64,000 bases of DNA from an uncultured bacterium (GTDB taxonomy: Bacteria; Armatimonadota; Hebobacteria; CAIYQO01), in the NCBI GenBank assembly GCA_903928345.1, contig CAIYQO010000198.1, positions 4,325 to 68,324 on the forward strand, in the 5' to 3' direction. The first letter of the stretch is position 1, and the number at the start of each line of letters is the position of its first letter. Below the pieces are notes generated by a model. It worked only from the letters and a program-made list of their open reading frames with translations. It was not told where the DNA came from and made no database searches. The translations under genes were made by a program, and so were the position numbers. This document shows positions 27,133-36,119 of the stretch, in pieces.

Positions 27133-28167
27133 GTGAAGCACGCATATTCAGTCGCGGTCGTCGGCATCGGGGGCGTCGGATCGGAAATGATCCGCGTGCT
27201 CACGCAACGGCAGTTCCCTTGTTCGTCGTTACAGGTGTTTGCGCGCAGCGCGCGCGATGAAGTGGTCGACGGGGTCACCTATCCGGTGCGCCAGGTCACC
27301 GCGGAAGCCTTCGACGACATCGACGTGGCGCTCTTCGCGGGCGGGGAGTCGGCGGACGACCACTTCGGCATCCGCGCCCTCAACCGCCGCAAGACGGTGC
27401 CCGGCCTGTCGCCGCTGGTGGTCATCGATAACGGCAGTGCCTTTCGCATGTACCCAAACGTGCCGCTGGTGGTGCCCGAGGTGAATCCCGACGCCCTGCG
27501 CGAGCACACCGGCATGATCGCCAACCCGAACTGCTCGACCATTCAGATGGTCGTCGCCTTAAAACCCCTGCACGACGCCGCGCGCATCAAACGGCTGGTC
27601 ATCTCCACCTATCAGGCCGTCTCCGGCAAGAGCGCGCAGGCCCGCGAGGAGCTGCTGAAGCAGACGCGCGAAGTCGCCGCCGGGCAGGCGCCCACGGTAG
27701 ACCCCAAGATCTTCCCCCACCCTATTTTCGGCAACTGCCTGCCGCACATCGACAGTTTCCTCCCCGATGGGTATACCAAAGAGGAGATGAAGATGGTGCA
27801 TGAGACGCGGAAGATTCTCGGCGACGACACGCTGCAGATCACCGCGACCACCGTGCGCGTACCGGTGGACAACTGCCACGCCGAGTCGGTGAACGTGGAG
27901 TTCCATCATCCGATCACCGCCGACGCGGCGCGCGCGTTGCTCGCCGCCGCCCCGGGTATCGTGGTGATGGACGACCCCGCCCACGCCGGCTACCCGCTGC
28001 AGGCCGCGTCCTCCGGCACCGACCCCGTCTTCGTGGGGCGCATCCGGCAGGATCGCTCGGTGGCCTATGGCCTCAACCTGTGGATCGTCGCCGACAACCT
28101 GCGCAAGGGCGCCGCGCTGAACGCGGTGCAGATTGCGGAGAAGATGCGGGAGATGAATCTGCTCTAA
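27133..28167 (+). CDS. asd: Aspartate-semialdehyde dehydrogenase
   Basis: GTG start with GGGAGG RBS. Motifs: VAVVGIGGVGSEM and the active-site NPNCSTIQM. Confidence 0.95.
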   Translation: MKHAYSVAVVGIGGVGSEMIRVLTQRQFPCSSLQVFARSARDEVVDGVTYPVRQVTAEAFDDIDVALFAGGESADDHFGIRALNRRKTVPGLSPLVVIDNGSAFRMYPNVPLVVPEVNPDALREHTGMIANPNCSTIQMVVALKPLHDAARIKRLVISTYQAVSGKSAQAREELLKQTREVAAGQAPTVDPKIFPHPIFGNCLPHIDSFLPDGYTKEEMKMVHETRKILGDDTLQITATTVRVPVDNCHAESVNVEFHHPITADAARALLAAAPGIVVMDDPAHAGYPLQAASSGTDPVFVGRIRQDRSVAYGLNLWIVADNLRKGAALNAVQIAEKMREMNLL

Positions 28168-28250
28168 GTTGAACGTTACAAGTTGAAAGTCGAAAGAAGC
28201 CGGTATCGCGCTTCCAAAACTTTCAACCTTCAACCTTCAACCTTCAACTT
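28166..28250. repeat. Heptamer-array hairpin H1 (unit CAACCTT / GGTTGAA)
   Basis: The right arm has CAACCTT x3.9 (28224-28250). The left arm AAGTTGAACGTTACAAGTTGAAAGTCGAAAGAAGC (28166-28200) is a degenerate complement. The loop is about 9 nt. Confidence 0.85.
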
Positions 28251-28269
28251 AATTTCGGGAGTCGATCAC

Positions 28270-29634
28270 ATGCGCGTTATTGTGCAGAAATTCGGGGGCA
28301 AGTGCGTGGAGCCGGGCGGGAACGAGCTGGTGACCGCCGAGCGCATCATGGAAGTCCGCGACATGGGGGATTATCCCGTGGTCGTGGTCTCCGCCATGGG
28401 GCGCGAGCTGCGCGACTGGAACGAAGAACTCGAGTCGCTGCTGCGCAAACCCGAGGGCGCGCGCAAGCTGGCGCTGGCGCACTTCTACTCCACCGCGGAG
28501 CTGGTGCGGCTGGTGAAGGAGATCGACCCGATCATCGAGCCGCGCGAACTGGACATGCTGATGTCCTGCGGCGAGATCATCTCCACCGTGCGGCTGGCGC
28601 ACCTGCTCAAGTCGCGTGGGTATTCCACCGTCGCGCTCTCCGGCGGGCAGGTCGGCCTCATCACCGACGGCTTTTTCGGCCACGCGCGGGTGATCCAGAC
28701 GGAGATCCACCAGCTCATCGACTGCCTCGACCGCCCGACGATTCCCCTCGTCGCCGGCTTCCAGGGTATCGCCACACAGAATCACGCCATCACCACGCTG
28801 GGCGAAGGTGGCAGCGACTACACCGCCGTCTGCCTGGCTTACGCGCTCAAAAACGCCCAACGCTCGCCGCTGCAGGACCCCATCGAGCTGGGCACGGTGG
28901 TCATCTACAAGGAAGTCGACGGCGTGATGACCGCCAACCCGGCGAACTTCCCGACTGAGTACCTGGAGTCCGGGCAGGGGCCGCGTACCATTCGCCGCCT
29001 GACCTTCGACGAGCTGTGCGCCATGTCGCAGTACGGCGCCGACGTGATCCAGGCGGAGGCTGCGCGCATGGCGCGCCGCTACGAGTTGGCGGTGGCGGTA
29101 CGCAACTACCGCAAGCCGGAAGACCCGGGCACGGTGATCGACACCTTCACCCCGCAACCAGGCGCCCCGGCGGTGACCGGCGTGGCGGATATGCCCGCGA
29201 TGGCCGTCTTCCGCGTGCCGGACAGCACCGAACGCACGAACCGCCGTATCGCCGAGTTGCTCGCGCAGGCGCGCCTCAACTTCCACGCCCTGCCCGTGCG
29301 CGACGGCTCGTGGAAGTTCGCGGTGAAGAAGGAAAAGTACCGCAGCGTCGCCGAAGTCGTCGACACGCTACTGCGCTCACGCCACATGCACCCCATCTTC
29401 GAAGAAGGCCAGTGGGCCATCGTGACCTGCGTCGGCGAGGGCTTGCGCGACGGGATCGATACCTTTGCCGCACGGGTACAGGAAGCGTTGAACGCGAAGC
29501 AGATCTACGTCGAAGGTGAAATCCGCGACACGATCAGCTATTCCGTGCTCGTCCACGAGGCGAAACGCAAAGAGGCGATCCTTATCCTGCACGACACCTT
29601 CGTCACCGACCCGTCGGCCACGCCCGCCGGATGA
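28270..29634 (+). CDS. lysC: Aspartate kinase
   Basis: Track ORF 28183..29634. I moved the start to ATG 28270 (GGGAG upstream). MRVIVQKFGGKCV is followed by an amino-acid-kinase fold and C-terminal ACT-like repeats. Confidence 0.85.
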   Translation: MRVIVQKFGGKCVEPGGNELVTAERIMEVRDMGDYPVVVVSAMGRELRDWNEELESLLRKPEGARKLALAHFYSTAELVRLVKEIDPIIEPRELDMLMSCGEIISTVRLAHLLKSRGYSTVALSGGQVGLITDGFFGHARVIQTEIHQLIDCLDRPTIPLVAGFQGIATQNHAITTLGEGGSDYTAVCLAYALKNAQRSPLQDPIELGTVVIYKEVDGVMTANPANFPTEYLESGQGPRTIRRLTFDELCAMSQYGADVIQAEAARMARRYELAVAVRNYRKPEDPGTVIDTFTPQPGAPAVTGVADMPAMAVFRVPDSTERTNRRIAELLAQARLNFHALPVRDGSWKFAVKKEKYRSVAEVVDTLLRSRHMHPIFEEGQWAIVTCVGEGLRDGIDTFAARVQEALNAKQIYVEGEIRDTISYSVLVHEAKRKEAILILHDTFVTDPSATPAG

Positions 29635-29640
29635 GGCGAA

Positions 29641-29710
29641 GATTCAGGATTCAGGATTCAGGACATTCGCTGAACACGCATCAGCTATCTATTGCCTGAA
29701 TCCTGAATCC
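29641..29710. repeat. Heptamer-array hairpin H2 (unit GATTCAG / CCTGAAT)
   Basis: GATTCAG x3 (29641-29661) pairs with CCTGAATCCTGAATCC (29695-29710). The 32-nt loop contains a GCTGA...TCAGC mini-stem. Confidence 0.85.
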
Positions 29711-29765
29711 ATCCCGGCGCTTTCCTTTCAGTTATCATCGCATCGCCCTACCAGGAGACACGACC

Positions 29766-30650
29766 ATGGCGCGAACCATGTTTACCGGCGTATACGTGCC
29801 CCTCGCCACCCCCTTCGGCCCGGACGGCGCGCTCGACGCCGCCGCGTTGCAGCGGCTCATCGACTGGACGGTCGAGGGCGGCGCTTCCGGGTTGGTGCCA
29901 TGCGGCACCACGGGCGAGTCCCCCACGCTCAGCCACGAAGAGCACCAGCGCGTCATCGCCCTGACGGTGGAATACGCCGCCGGGCGCGTACCCGTCATCG
30001 CCGGCACCGGCTCCAACTGCACCTCGGAAGCCATCGCCCTCACCCGGGCTGCCGATGCGGCGGGCGTGGACGGCATGCTGGTTATCGCGCCGTACTACAA
30101 CCGGCCGAATCAGCAAGGGTTGCTGGCGCACTTCACCGCCGTCGCCGGGGCCACGCGCAAGCCCATCGTAATGTATAACATCCCCAAGCGCACCGGCGTG
30201 AATATGGAGCCGGCGACCATCATTGCATTGTCGCAGGTGGAGAATATCACCGGCATCAAAGAAGCCAGCGGCGACCCGGCGCAGATCATGGAAATCATCC
30301 GCGGCACGCGCGAGTTCAGCGTGCTCACCGGCGACGACAACCTGCTCTTCTTCATCTGCACCCACGGTGGCCACGGCGGCATCTGCACCAGCAGTCACTT
30401 CCTGCCGGGTGAATGGGTGCGCATGGTGGAACTGTGCCGCGACGGCAAGCTCGCCGAGGCGCGCGACTTGCACTACCGCCTGCTGCCCCTCGCGAAGGCG
30501 ATGTTCTGCGAGCCCAACCCCGCCCCGTTGAAGGCCGCGCTGAAGCTGGTCGGCCACGACTGCGGCGCCCCCCGCCTGCCGATGACCCTCGCCGGTGAGC
30601 CGTGCGTGGCGATGCTGCGCAAGGTGCTGGGGGAGTTGGGGCTCATCTAA
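29766..30650 (+). CDS. dapA: 4-hydroxy-tetrahydrodipicolinate synthase
   Basis: AGGAGA RBS. Motifs: GTTGESPTLS, YYNRP, MYNIPKRTG. Confidence 0.95.
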   Translation: MARTMFTGVYVPLATPFGPDGALDAAALQRLIDWTVEGGASGLVPCGTTGESPTLSHEEHQRVIALTVEYAAGRVPVIAGTGSNCTSEAIALTRAADAAGVDGMLVIAPYYNRPNQQGLLAHFTAVAGATRKPIVMYNIPKRTGVNMEPATIIALSQVENITGIKEASGDPAQIMEIIRGTREFSVLTGDDNLLFFICTHGGHGGICTSSHFLPGEWVRMVELCRDGKLAEARDLHYRLLPLAKAMFCEPNPAPLKAALKLVGHDCGAPRLPMTLAGEPCVAMLRKVLGELGLI

Positions 30651-30655
30651 CCGCC

Positions 30656-31705
30656 ATGCTCATCAATCAGCCAAACTGGCCCACCATACAGCAGCGCTTC
30701 CAGGCCTTCTGGGCGTGCGAACTGCTCGACCGGCCCATCATTCAGGTGACGGCGCCGCGACGGGAGGCGCACCCGACGGTGAAGGTGTACCTGCAGGAGG
30801 AAGACCAGTGGGGCAACCCGCCCGCGCTGCTGGCGAGCATCCTCGAGTGCATGGACGCCACCTACTACGCCGGCGATGCCTACCCCGTCTGGATGCCCAA
30901 CCTGGGGCCGACTACCTTCTCCGCCTTCCTCGGCTGCCCGCTGCACCTCGAGGGCTACACCTCGTGGCAGGAGCCGATCCTCGACTCGCTGGCGGGAGAG
31001 CCGGTGTGGGACGAGGCCAACCCCGCCTGGCAGGCGACCCTTACCCTGACGCGCGAGATCGCGGCGGCGGCGCAGGGGCGCTTCATCGTGGGGATCAGCG
31101 ACATCGGCATGGGCGGCGACGTGCTGTGCCATCTGCGCGGCAACGAGGAGTTCTGCACCGACCTGTTCGACGCCCCCGAAGACGTGGCGCGCTGGCTGAC
31201 GTGGATTCGCGAGCAGTGGTTCCGCTGCTACGAGGCGCTGTGCGCCGTGTTGCCCGCTGGCAACGGCACGCAGGGGTGGATGCCCGCCTGGTCGCCCGCG
31301 CGCACCTACCCACTGCAGAACGACTGCGGGGCGATACTCTCCGCCGCGTCCTACGCCGCACACCTGCTGCCCGACACCGCCGCCTTCGCCGCGCGCCTCG
31401 ACCACGCCATCTTCCACCTGGACGGCCCGGAGATGACGCAGCATATTGACCTGCTCCTGGACATCCCCTCGCTGCGCGCCATCCAGTGGACGCCGGGCAC
31501 CAACAAGCCCCCCGCGTCGCAATGCCTGCCCATGCTGCAAAAGATCCAGGCCGCCGGCAAGGGGCTCTTCCTCTACATCGAACCGTGGGAAGTCGAGCCG
31601 CTGCTCGAAAACCTGCGTCCGGAAGGCGTCATCCTGCACACCTGGACGACGACGCCGGACGAGGCGGATGCGGTGGTGGGACGAGTGGAAGCGTTCGGGC
31701 GGTAG
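30656..31705 (+). CDS. Hypothetical protein, distant URO-D-like fold suspected (paralogue U3)
   Basis: Track ORF 30602..31705. I moved the start to ATG 30656, just after the dapA stop. FHLDGPEMTQHIDLLLDIPSLRAIQW resembles the URO-D family C-terminal region. Weak call. Confidence 0.4.
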   Translation: MLINQPNWPTIQQRFQAFWACELLDRPIIQVTAPRREAHPTVKVYLQEEDQWGNPPALLASILECMDATYYAGDAYPVWMPNLGPTTFSAFLGCPLHLEGYTSWQEPILDSLAGEPVWDEANPAWQATLTLTREIAAAAQGRFIVGISDIGMGGDVLCHLRGNEEFCTDLFDAPEDVARWLTWIREQWFRCYEALCAVLPAGNGTQGWMPAWSPARTYPLQNDCGAILSAASYAAHLLPDTAAFAARLDHAIFHLDGPEMTQHIDLLLDIPSLRAIQWTPGTNKPPASQCLPMLQKIQAAGKGLFLYIEPWEVEPLLENLRPEGVILHTWTTTPDEADAVVGRVEAFGR

Positions 31706-31755
31706 CCATACCGATGATCTTCTTTGGGTTGTAGGGCATGGGCGCCGTCCGCCCC

Positions 31756-32610
31756 CTACTCCGCGTACGTCACCCCCAGCACCACGCCGACTTCGTGCGT
31801 GTGGCTGGCGGGTTCCCAGATGCTTTCGGTGAAGTTGTGGCCGGCGCCATCGTTGAAGACGACGGGGGTGCCGTTGGCGGTGACGGGTTTTTTCGCGCTG
31901 ACGCCGATGCCGGAGTACTGGTACCACGGGTCGAGGTTGACGGTGAGACGGGGTGTGGCGGTGAAGTGCACGGGGGCCTCCAGACGCACACCGACGCGGT
32001 TGCCCAGCGTGACGTTGGTGGTATCCAGCGGTGCGTATTGGAACATCGTCGCGGTGTCGATGGAGATATCCCCGTGCAGCATGGGCCGTACGGACAGGTC
32101 CACCACGCCCAACAGGCGCGGCGTTTGGTAGCGCGTACGCACCCCGACGGGCAGGTAGAGCCAGGCGTACTGCTCGCTATACCCGGCGCTGCCCCCCAGT
32201 TGCCGATCCCAGTACTGGTATCCCACGCCGGTGTAGAACGTGACGCGGTGGACCTGCACGCCCAGGTTGAGTTCCCCCGACGCGCGCAGGTTTTGCGTGG
32301 TGCCCGTCATAGTCACCGTGCCGCTCTGGTCGGTGCCGCGGTACTGCGTGCCCCCGTCGGCGATGGTTAGCCAGCCGCGGTAATACACGCGCGCGTCGGG
32401 GTCGTGGTTCGTCAGCCCCAGCCGCAGCGTGGGCAGCGTGCCCGTCTCCGTGCTCTTCAGCGGCGCGGCCAGTTCCTCGGTGTAACTTATATGCGTCACT
32501 CCCAGGTCGCCGAAGACGCCGGTGGCGTCGAGCAGCGACCGCCCCTGCGCACAGAGGCCGCCGGCCCACATGGCGCACACCAGTATGAGTACCAGACGAT
32601 TCACGGTCAT
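31756..32610 (-). CDS. Putative outer-membrane beta-barrel protein
   Basis: Track ORF 31756..33528. Its N-terminal ~300 aa are antisense to 32764..33507, so I moved the start to ATG 32610. The signal peptide is MTVNRLVLILVCAMWAGGLCAQG. Amphipathic Y/W/G-rich strands follow. Confidence 0.5.
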   Translation of the reverse strand: MTVNRLVLILVCAMWAGGLCAQGRSLLDATGVFGDLGVTHISYTEELAAPLKSTETGTLPTLRLGLTNHDPDARVYYRGWLTIADGGTQYRGTDQSGTVTMTGTTQNLRASGELNLGVQVHRVTFYTGVGYQYWDRQLGGSAGYSEQYAWLYLPVGVRTRYQTPRLLGVVDLSVRPMLHGDISIDTATMFQYAPLDTTNVTLGNRVGVRLEAPVHFTATPRLTVNLDPWYQYSGIGVSAKKPVTANGTPVVFNDGAGHNFTESIWEPASHTHEVGVVLGVTYAE

Positions 32611-32763
32611 GGCGCTATTGTACCCGGAAATCCCTTGCACAAGCAGCAGAGAATGCGCAGGAGTTCGGCGGTAGGTGTTAGAAGTTAGGTGATGAAGCGC
32701 CTCGGCGACCAAGGTCGTCTGAGACACCGCTTGGATCCTGAATCTCGACCGCGAGGAGCGATT

Positions 32764-33507
32764 ATGACCATTCACGGGCATCGATTGGGCGTGCAGAGCT
32801 GGTGTTTCCGCACCTATCGGACGCATGACGACGTGATCGCGGCGCTGGGCCGCTGCGGGCTCGACGCCCTCGAGCTGTGCGGCGTGCACCTGGACGTGAC
32901 GGATGCCACCGCGGTGGACACGGCGCTGGCGCGGTACGCCGCCGCCGGCATCGCCATCACCTCCTTCGGCATCAGCGGCTTTTCCACCGACGAGGCGGCG
33001 GCGCGCCCGCTCTTCGCCTTCGCGCAGCGGGCGGGCATCGCCGCGCTGGGCGCGGACTTCGGCGCGGACGCGTTGCCGCTGCTCGAGCGCCTGTGCGACG
33101 AGACGGGCGTGAAGCTGGCCATCCACAACCACGGGCGCAAGCACCGCCTGGGCAATTTCCAACAACTCGATGCTATCTTCGCGCAGGCGTCGATGAACAT
33201 CGGCCTCTGCCTGGACACCGCGTGGATGCTCGACGCCGGGGAAGACCCCATCGCCGCGGTGGAGCGCTACGGCGACCGGCTCTACGGCGTCCACATCAAA
33301 GATTTCACCTTCCGCCACGACGGCTCCCCTGAGGACGTCATCGTCGGTACCGGCAACCTGGACCTGCCGCGCCTCTTCGTCACCCTGGCCGCCGTGGGCT
33401 TTTCCGGCTATACCACCCTGGAATACGAAGGCGACGAGCAAAATCCCGTGCCCGCCGTGAAACAATGCGTGGCGGCGCTGGCAGCCCTCGACAAGGAGCC
33501 CGTGTGA
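32764..33507 (+). CDS. Sugar phosphate isomerase/epimerase (xylose-isomerase-like TIM barrel)
   Basis: Track ORF 32689..33507. I moved the start to ATG 32764 (GAGGAG upstream). Motifs: LGVQSWCFR, KLAIHNHG, GVHIKDF. Confidence 0.75.
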   Translation: MTIHGHRLGVQSWCFRTYRTHDDVIAALGRCGLDALELCGVHLDVTDATAVDTALARYAAAGIAITSFGISGFSTDEAAARPLFAFAQRAGIAALGADFGADALPLLERLCDETGVKLAIHNHGRKHRLGNFQQLDAIFAQASMNIGLCLDTAWMLDAGEDPIAAVERYGDRLYGVHIKDFTFRHDGSPEDVIVGTGNLDLPRLFVTLAAVGFSGYTTLEYEGDEQNPVPAVKQCVAALAALDKEPV

Positions 33508-34511
33508 TGCCCGACACCGTACGCGCACGTTTTCGACGGGTGATGGCCGGCGAGATGCCGGCGGACCGCCTGCCCATGCTGGAATGGGCTTCGTGGTGGG
33601 ACAAGACCATCGAGCGGTGGCGCGGCGAAGGGCTGCCCGCCGACCTCGACTGGACGGCGATCAAGTCACATTTCGGCCTGGACGTCGACCGGCAGGCGTG
33701 GATCGGGTGCTTCGCCGGCCCGGTGGCGCAAAAACACCCCGGGCACGGCGGCGGCTTCATCGACGACGCGGCGGACTACGACGCGCTGCGCCCCAGCCTG
33801 TTCCCGGAGACGGCCCCCTTCGACCGCGCGGGGTGGGCGGCCATCGCCGAACAACAGGCGCGTGGTGAGGTGATCGTGTGGATCACGCTGGAAGGCTTCT
33901 TCTGGTGGCCGCGGGTGCTCTTCGGCATCGAGCCGCACCTGTTCGCTTTCTACGATCAGCCGGAGCTGATGCACCGCATCAATACCGACCTGGTGGCCTA
34001 CCAGCAGCGCGCCCTCGCGCAGTTCTGCGAGGTGTGCACGCCGGACTTCATGACCTTCGCCGAGGATATGTCGTACAATCACGGCCCGATGATCTCCAAG
34101 GAGCTGTTCGACGAGTTCATGGCGCCGTATTACCGCGCGATCATCCCCCACCTCACCGCGCGCGGCATCTGGCCGCTCATCGACTCCGACGGCGACGTAG
34201 AGCCGCTTATCCCGTGGTTCGCCGAGGTCGGGCTGGAAGGCATCCTGCCGCTGGAGCGCATGGCCGGGGTGGACGTGGCGCGCATCCGCGCGAATCACCC
34301 CACCTGGAAGATGATGGGCGGCTACGACAAAACGGTGATGCACCTGGGCGAGGCGGCCATCCGCGCGGAGTTCGAGCGCCTGCTGCCCGTGATGCGCCAG
34401 CCGTATTTCTGCCCCTCGGTCGACCACCAAACCCCGCCGGGCGTCTCCCTGGCGGATTACTACATCTACCTGCGCCTCTTCCGGGAATATGCGGAGAAGG
34501 CGTGCCGGTAA
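33507..34511 (+). CDS. URO-D family protein, paralogue U4
   Basis: Track ORF 33465..34511. ATG 33507 overlaps the TGA of the upstream gene (TGATG). Motifs: FAEDMSYNHGPMIS and LIDSDGDVEPLIPWFAEVGLEGILPLE. It is close to paralogue U5 at 48802. Confidence 0.65.
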   Translation: MPDTVRARFRRVMAGEMPADRLPMLEWASWWDKTIERWRGEGLPADLDWTAIKSHFGLDVDRQAWIGCFAGPVAQKHPGHGGGFIDDAADYDALRPSLFPETAPFDRAGWAAIAEQQARGEVIVWITLEGFFWWPRVLFGIEPHLFAFYDQPELMHRINTDLVAYQQRALAQFCEVCTPDFMTFAEDMSYNHGPMISKELFDEFMAPYYRAIIPHLTARGIWPLIDSDGDVEPLIPWFAEVGLEGILPLERMAGVDVARIRANHPTWKMMGGYDKTVMHLGEAAIRAEFERLLPVMRQPYFCPSVDHQTPPGVSLADYYIYLRLFREYAEKACR

Positions 34512-34513
34512 AA

Positions 34514-34660
34514 GGGAAACGAACCGCAAAGACACAGAGAACGCAAGGAACTCGCAAAGATATCTTGTTAGGACCGGGTGCAAGTACGGTGACCGGTTCA
34601 GGGGTGGGAAGATGTCTTTGCGTGCTCCTTTGCGTCCTTTGCGCCTTTCCGGTTCCGTCC
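34514..34660. repeat. E-family long hairpin, copy E1 (CGCAAAG / CTTTGCG short-unit arms)
   Basis: Left arm: GGGAAACGAACCGCAAAGACACAGAGAACGCAAGGAACTCGCAAAGATATC. Right arm: GATGTCTTTGCGTGCTCCTTTGCGTCCTTTGCGCCTTTCCGGTTCCGTCC. The loop is about 45 nt. Confidence 0.8.
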
Positions 34661-34707
34661 TCGTCTCTCCCCTGATGCGCGTCGATCTCCATCAGGCACC
34701 GATCTGC

Positions 34708-34713
34708 TATAAT
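34708..34713 (+). promoter_or_regulatory. -10 box candidate (TATAAT) upstream of the AMMECR1 gene
   Basis: GCTATAATG lies 19 nt upstream of ATG 34732. The RBS GAGGTG lies between them. Confidence 0.35.
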
Positions 34714-34731
34714 GATACCGCGAGGTGTCAA

Positions 34732-35280
34732 ATGCCGATTTTTACCGATGACCAACACCAATATCTGCTCACGCTGGCGCGCGCGGCGCTGACGGCGGCG
34801 GTGACGGACGACCACGTGGCGCTGCCGGCGGAGGTGGACGCCGCCTTCCGCACGCCGCTGGGAGCCTTCGTGACGCTTACGGCCGACGGGGAGTTGCGCG
34901 GGTGCATCGGGTATCCCGAGCCCGTCTTCCCCCTGTACGAAACCATCGTGCGCGGCGCGATGTCCGCGGCGTTGCATGACCCGCGTTTCTCACCCGTCAC
35001 CGCGAACGAATTACCCGGCCTGCGCGTGGAAGTCTCCGTGCTCTCCCCGCTGGCGCCCATCGCCCCGGAGGCGGTGGAGGTGGGCACGCACGGCCTGGTG
35101 ATCGAAAAGGGCACCCGGCGCGGCCTGCTGCTGCCCCAGGTGCCGACAGAATACGGCTGGAGCCGCGACGAATTCCTCGCCTACACCTGCCGCAAAGCCG
35201 GCCTCCCCCAGGACGCCTGGCGCGACCCCGCCGCCAAACTGTTCGGCTTCACGGCGGAAGTGTTTCACGAAGGGGTGTAG
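34732..35280 (+). CDS. AMMECR1 domain protein
   Basis: Inside track ORF 34489..35280. ATG 34732 with GAGGTG RBS. Motifs: GELRGCIGYPEP and GLLLPQVP. Confidence 0.85.
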   Translation: MPIFTDDQHQYLLTLARAALTAAVTDDHVALPAEVDAAFRTPLGAFVTLTADGELRGCIGYPEPVFPLYETIVRGAMSAALHDPRFSPVTANELPGLRVEVSVLSPLAPIAPEAVEVGTHGLVIEKGTRRGLLLPQVPTEYGWSRDEFLAYTCRKAGLPQDAWRDPAAKLFGFTAEVFHEGV

Positions 35281-35331
35281 GTACCGGGGAACAATGTAGC
35301 CGCAAAAAACAGGCCGGCGATCTCTCGCCAA

Positions 35332-35366
35332 CCTGTTCCCTGTTCCCTGATCCCTCTTCCCTACTT
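35332..35366. repeat. Five tandem heptamers (CCTGTTC-type)
   Basis: CCTGTTC CCTGTTC CCTGATC CCTCTTC CCTACTT. The last unit contains the stop of 35361..36119. The same AACCTGTTCC lead-in is seen at 42311. Confidence 0.8.
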
Positions 35367-36119
35367 CGGCGCGGACACGTCGGCGCTGCCGGATTTGTAG
35401 GGGATAACGACGGGGGTCGACGGGCCGGTGGGCTGTTGCAGCGCGTGGATCCCGGTTGGTTTGTGCGTGGGGGGCGTCGGGGCGTTAAGCTGGTTGGAGC
35501 GCAGCGTCACCAGGAAGATCGTCACGGCCAGGATAGCACACACGAGGATGATAATGATGCCGGTGCCGGTGGTCAGACCGCCGGCGTTAAATTTACGCGG
35601 GGCGGGCTGCTGCGCGGGCGGGCGCGGCGGTTCGTCGTCGCCGGCGAAGACGGGCCGCGTGGTGAGCGAGTCGAGCAGCGGGGTGGCCGAGGTGGCCGCT
35701 TCGTCCGGAATGGTCAGCTTCTGCTCGGACATCGTCGGCACGGGTATCGCCGACGTGGCGACGAAGGTGGGAATCTGTTGGGCGGGCGGCGGGGTGGCGG
35801 GCAGGCCCGCGCGCGTCTTGGCCTCTTCGATTTTGGAGGGCAGGTTCATCAGCGCGGCGGTGTCATACGCTTTTTTATACACCGTAACGGCATCGGGGGC
35901 GCGGTTGGCCTGCATCAGGGTGTCGCCGAGTAACTCGAGGATCTTGGCGGACTGCTGGGTGGGCATCGGCGCGCGAGCGATGGCGGCATAGATGCGCATG
36001 GCATCGTCGTACTGCCCCAGTGCGCGCAGTTTCGTCGCCTCGACGATACGCGCCGCGATATTGACCTCTTCAGCCGGCGCCGGCTGCGCGGTCGGTGCCA
36101 TGCTCTCTTCGTCCGCCAT
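35361..36119 (-). CDS. Hypothetical single-pass membrane protein (TPR-like N-terminus, Pro-rich linker)
   Basis: Track ORF. TM segment TGIIIILVCAILAVTIFLV. No family recognised. Confidence 0.5.
   Translation of the reverse strand: MADEESMAPTAQPAPAEEVNIAARIVEATKLRALGQYDDAMRIYAAIARAPMPTQQSAKILELLGDTLMQANRAPDAVTVYKKAYDTAALMNLPSKIEEAKTRAGLPATPPPAQQIPTFVATSAIPVPTMSEQKLTIPDEAATSATPLLDSLTTRPVFAGDDEPPRPPAQQPAPRKFNAGGLTTGTGIIIILVCAILAVTIFLVTLRSNQLNAPTPPTHKPTGIHALQQPTGPSTPVVIPYKSGSADVSAPK

Noticed and set aside
26902-28269. Lysine riboswitch or T-box leader upstream of asd or lysC
   Set aside because: The asd leader is about 60 nt with no L-box-like helices. The asd-lysC spacer is fully explained by the heptamer hairpin.
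30602-30655. GTG 30602 as start of the post-dapA gene (49-nt overlap with dapA)
   Set aside because: The extension (MRGDAAQGAGGVGAHLTA) is low-complexity and overlaps the conserved dapA C-terminus. ATG 30656 directly after the dapA stop is more plausible, although no strong RBS supports either start.
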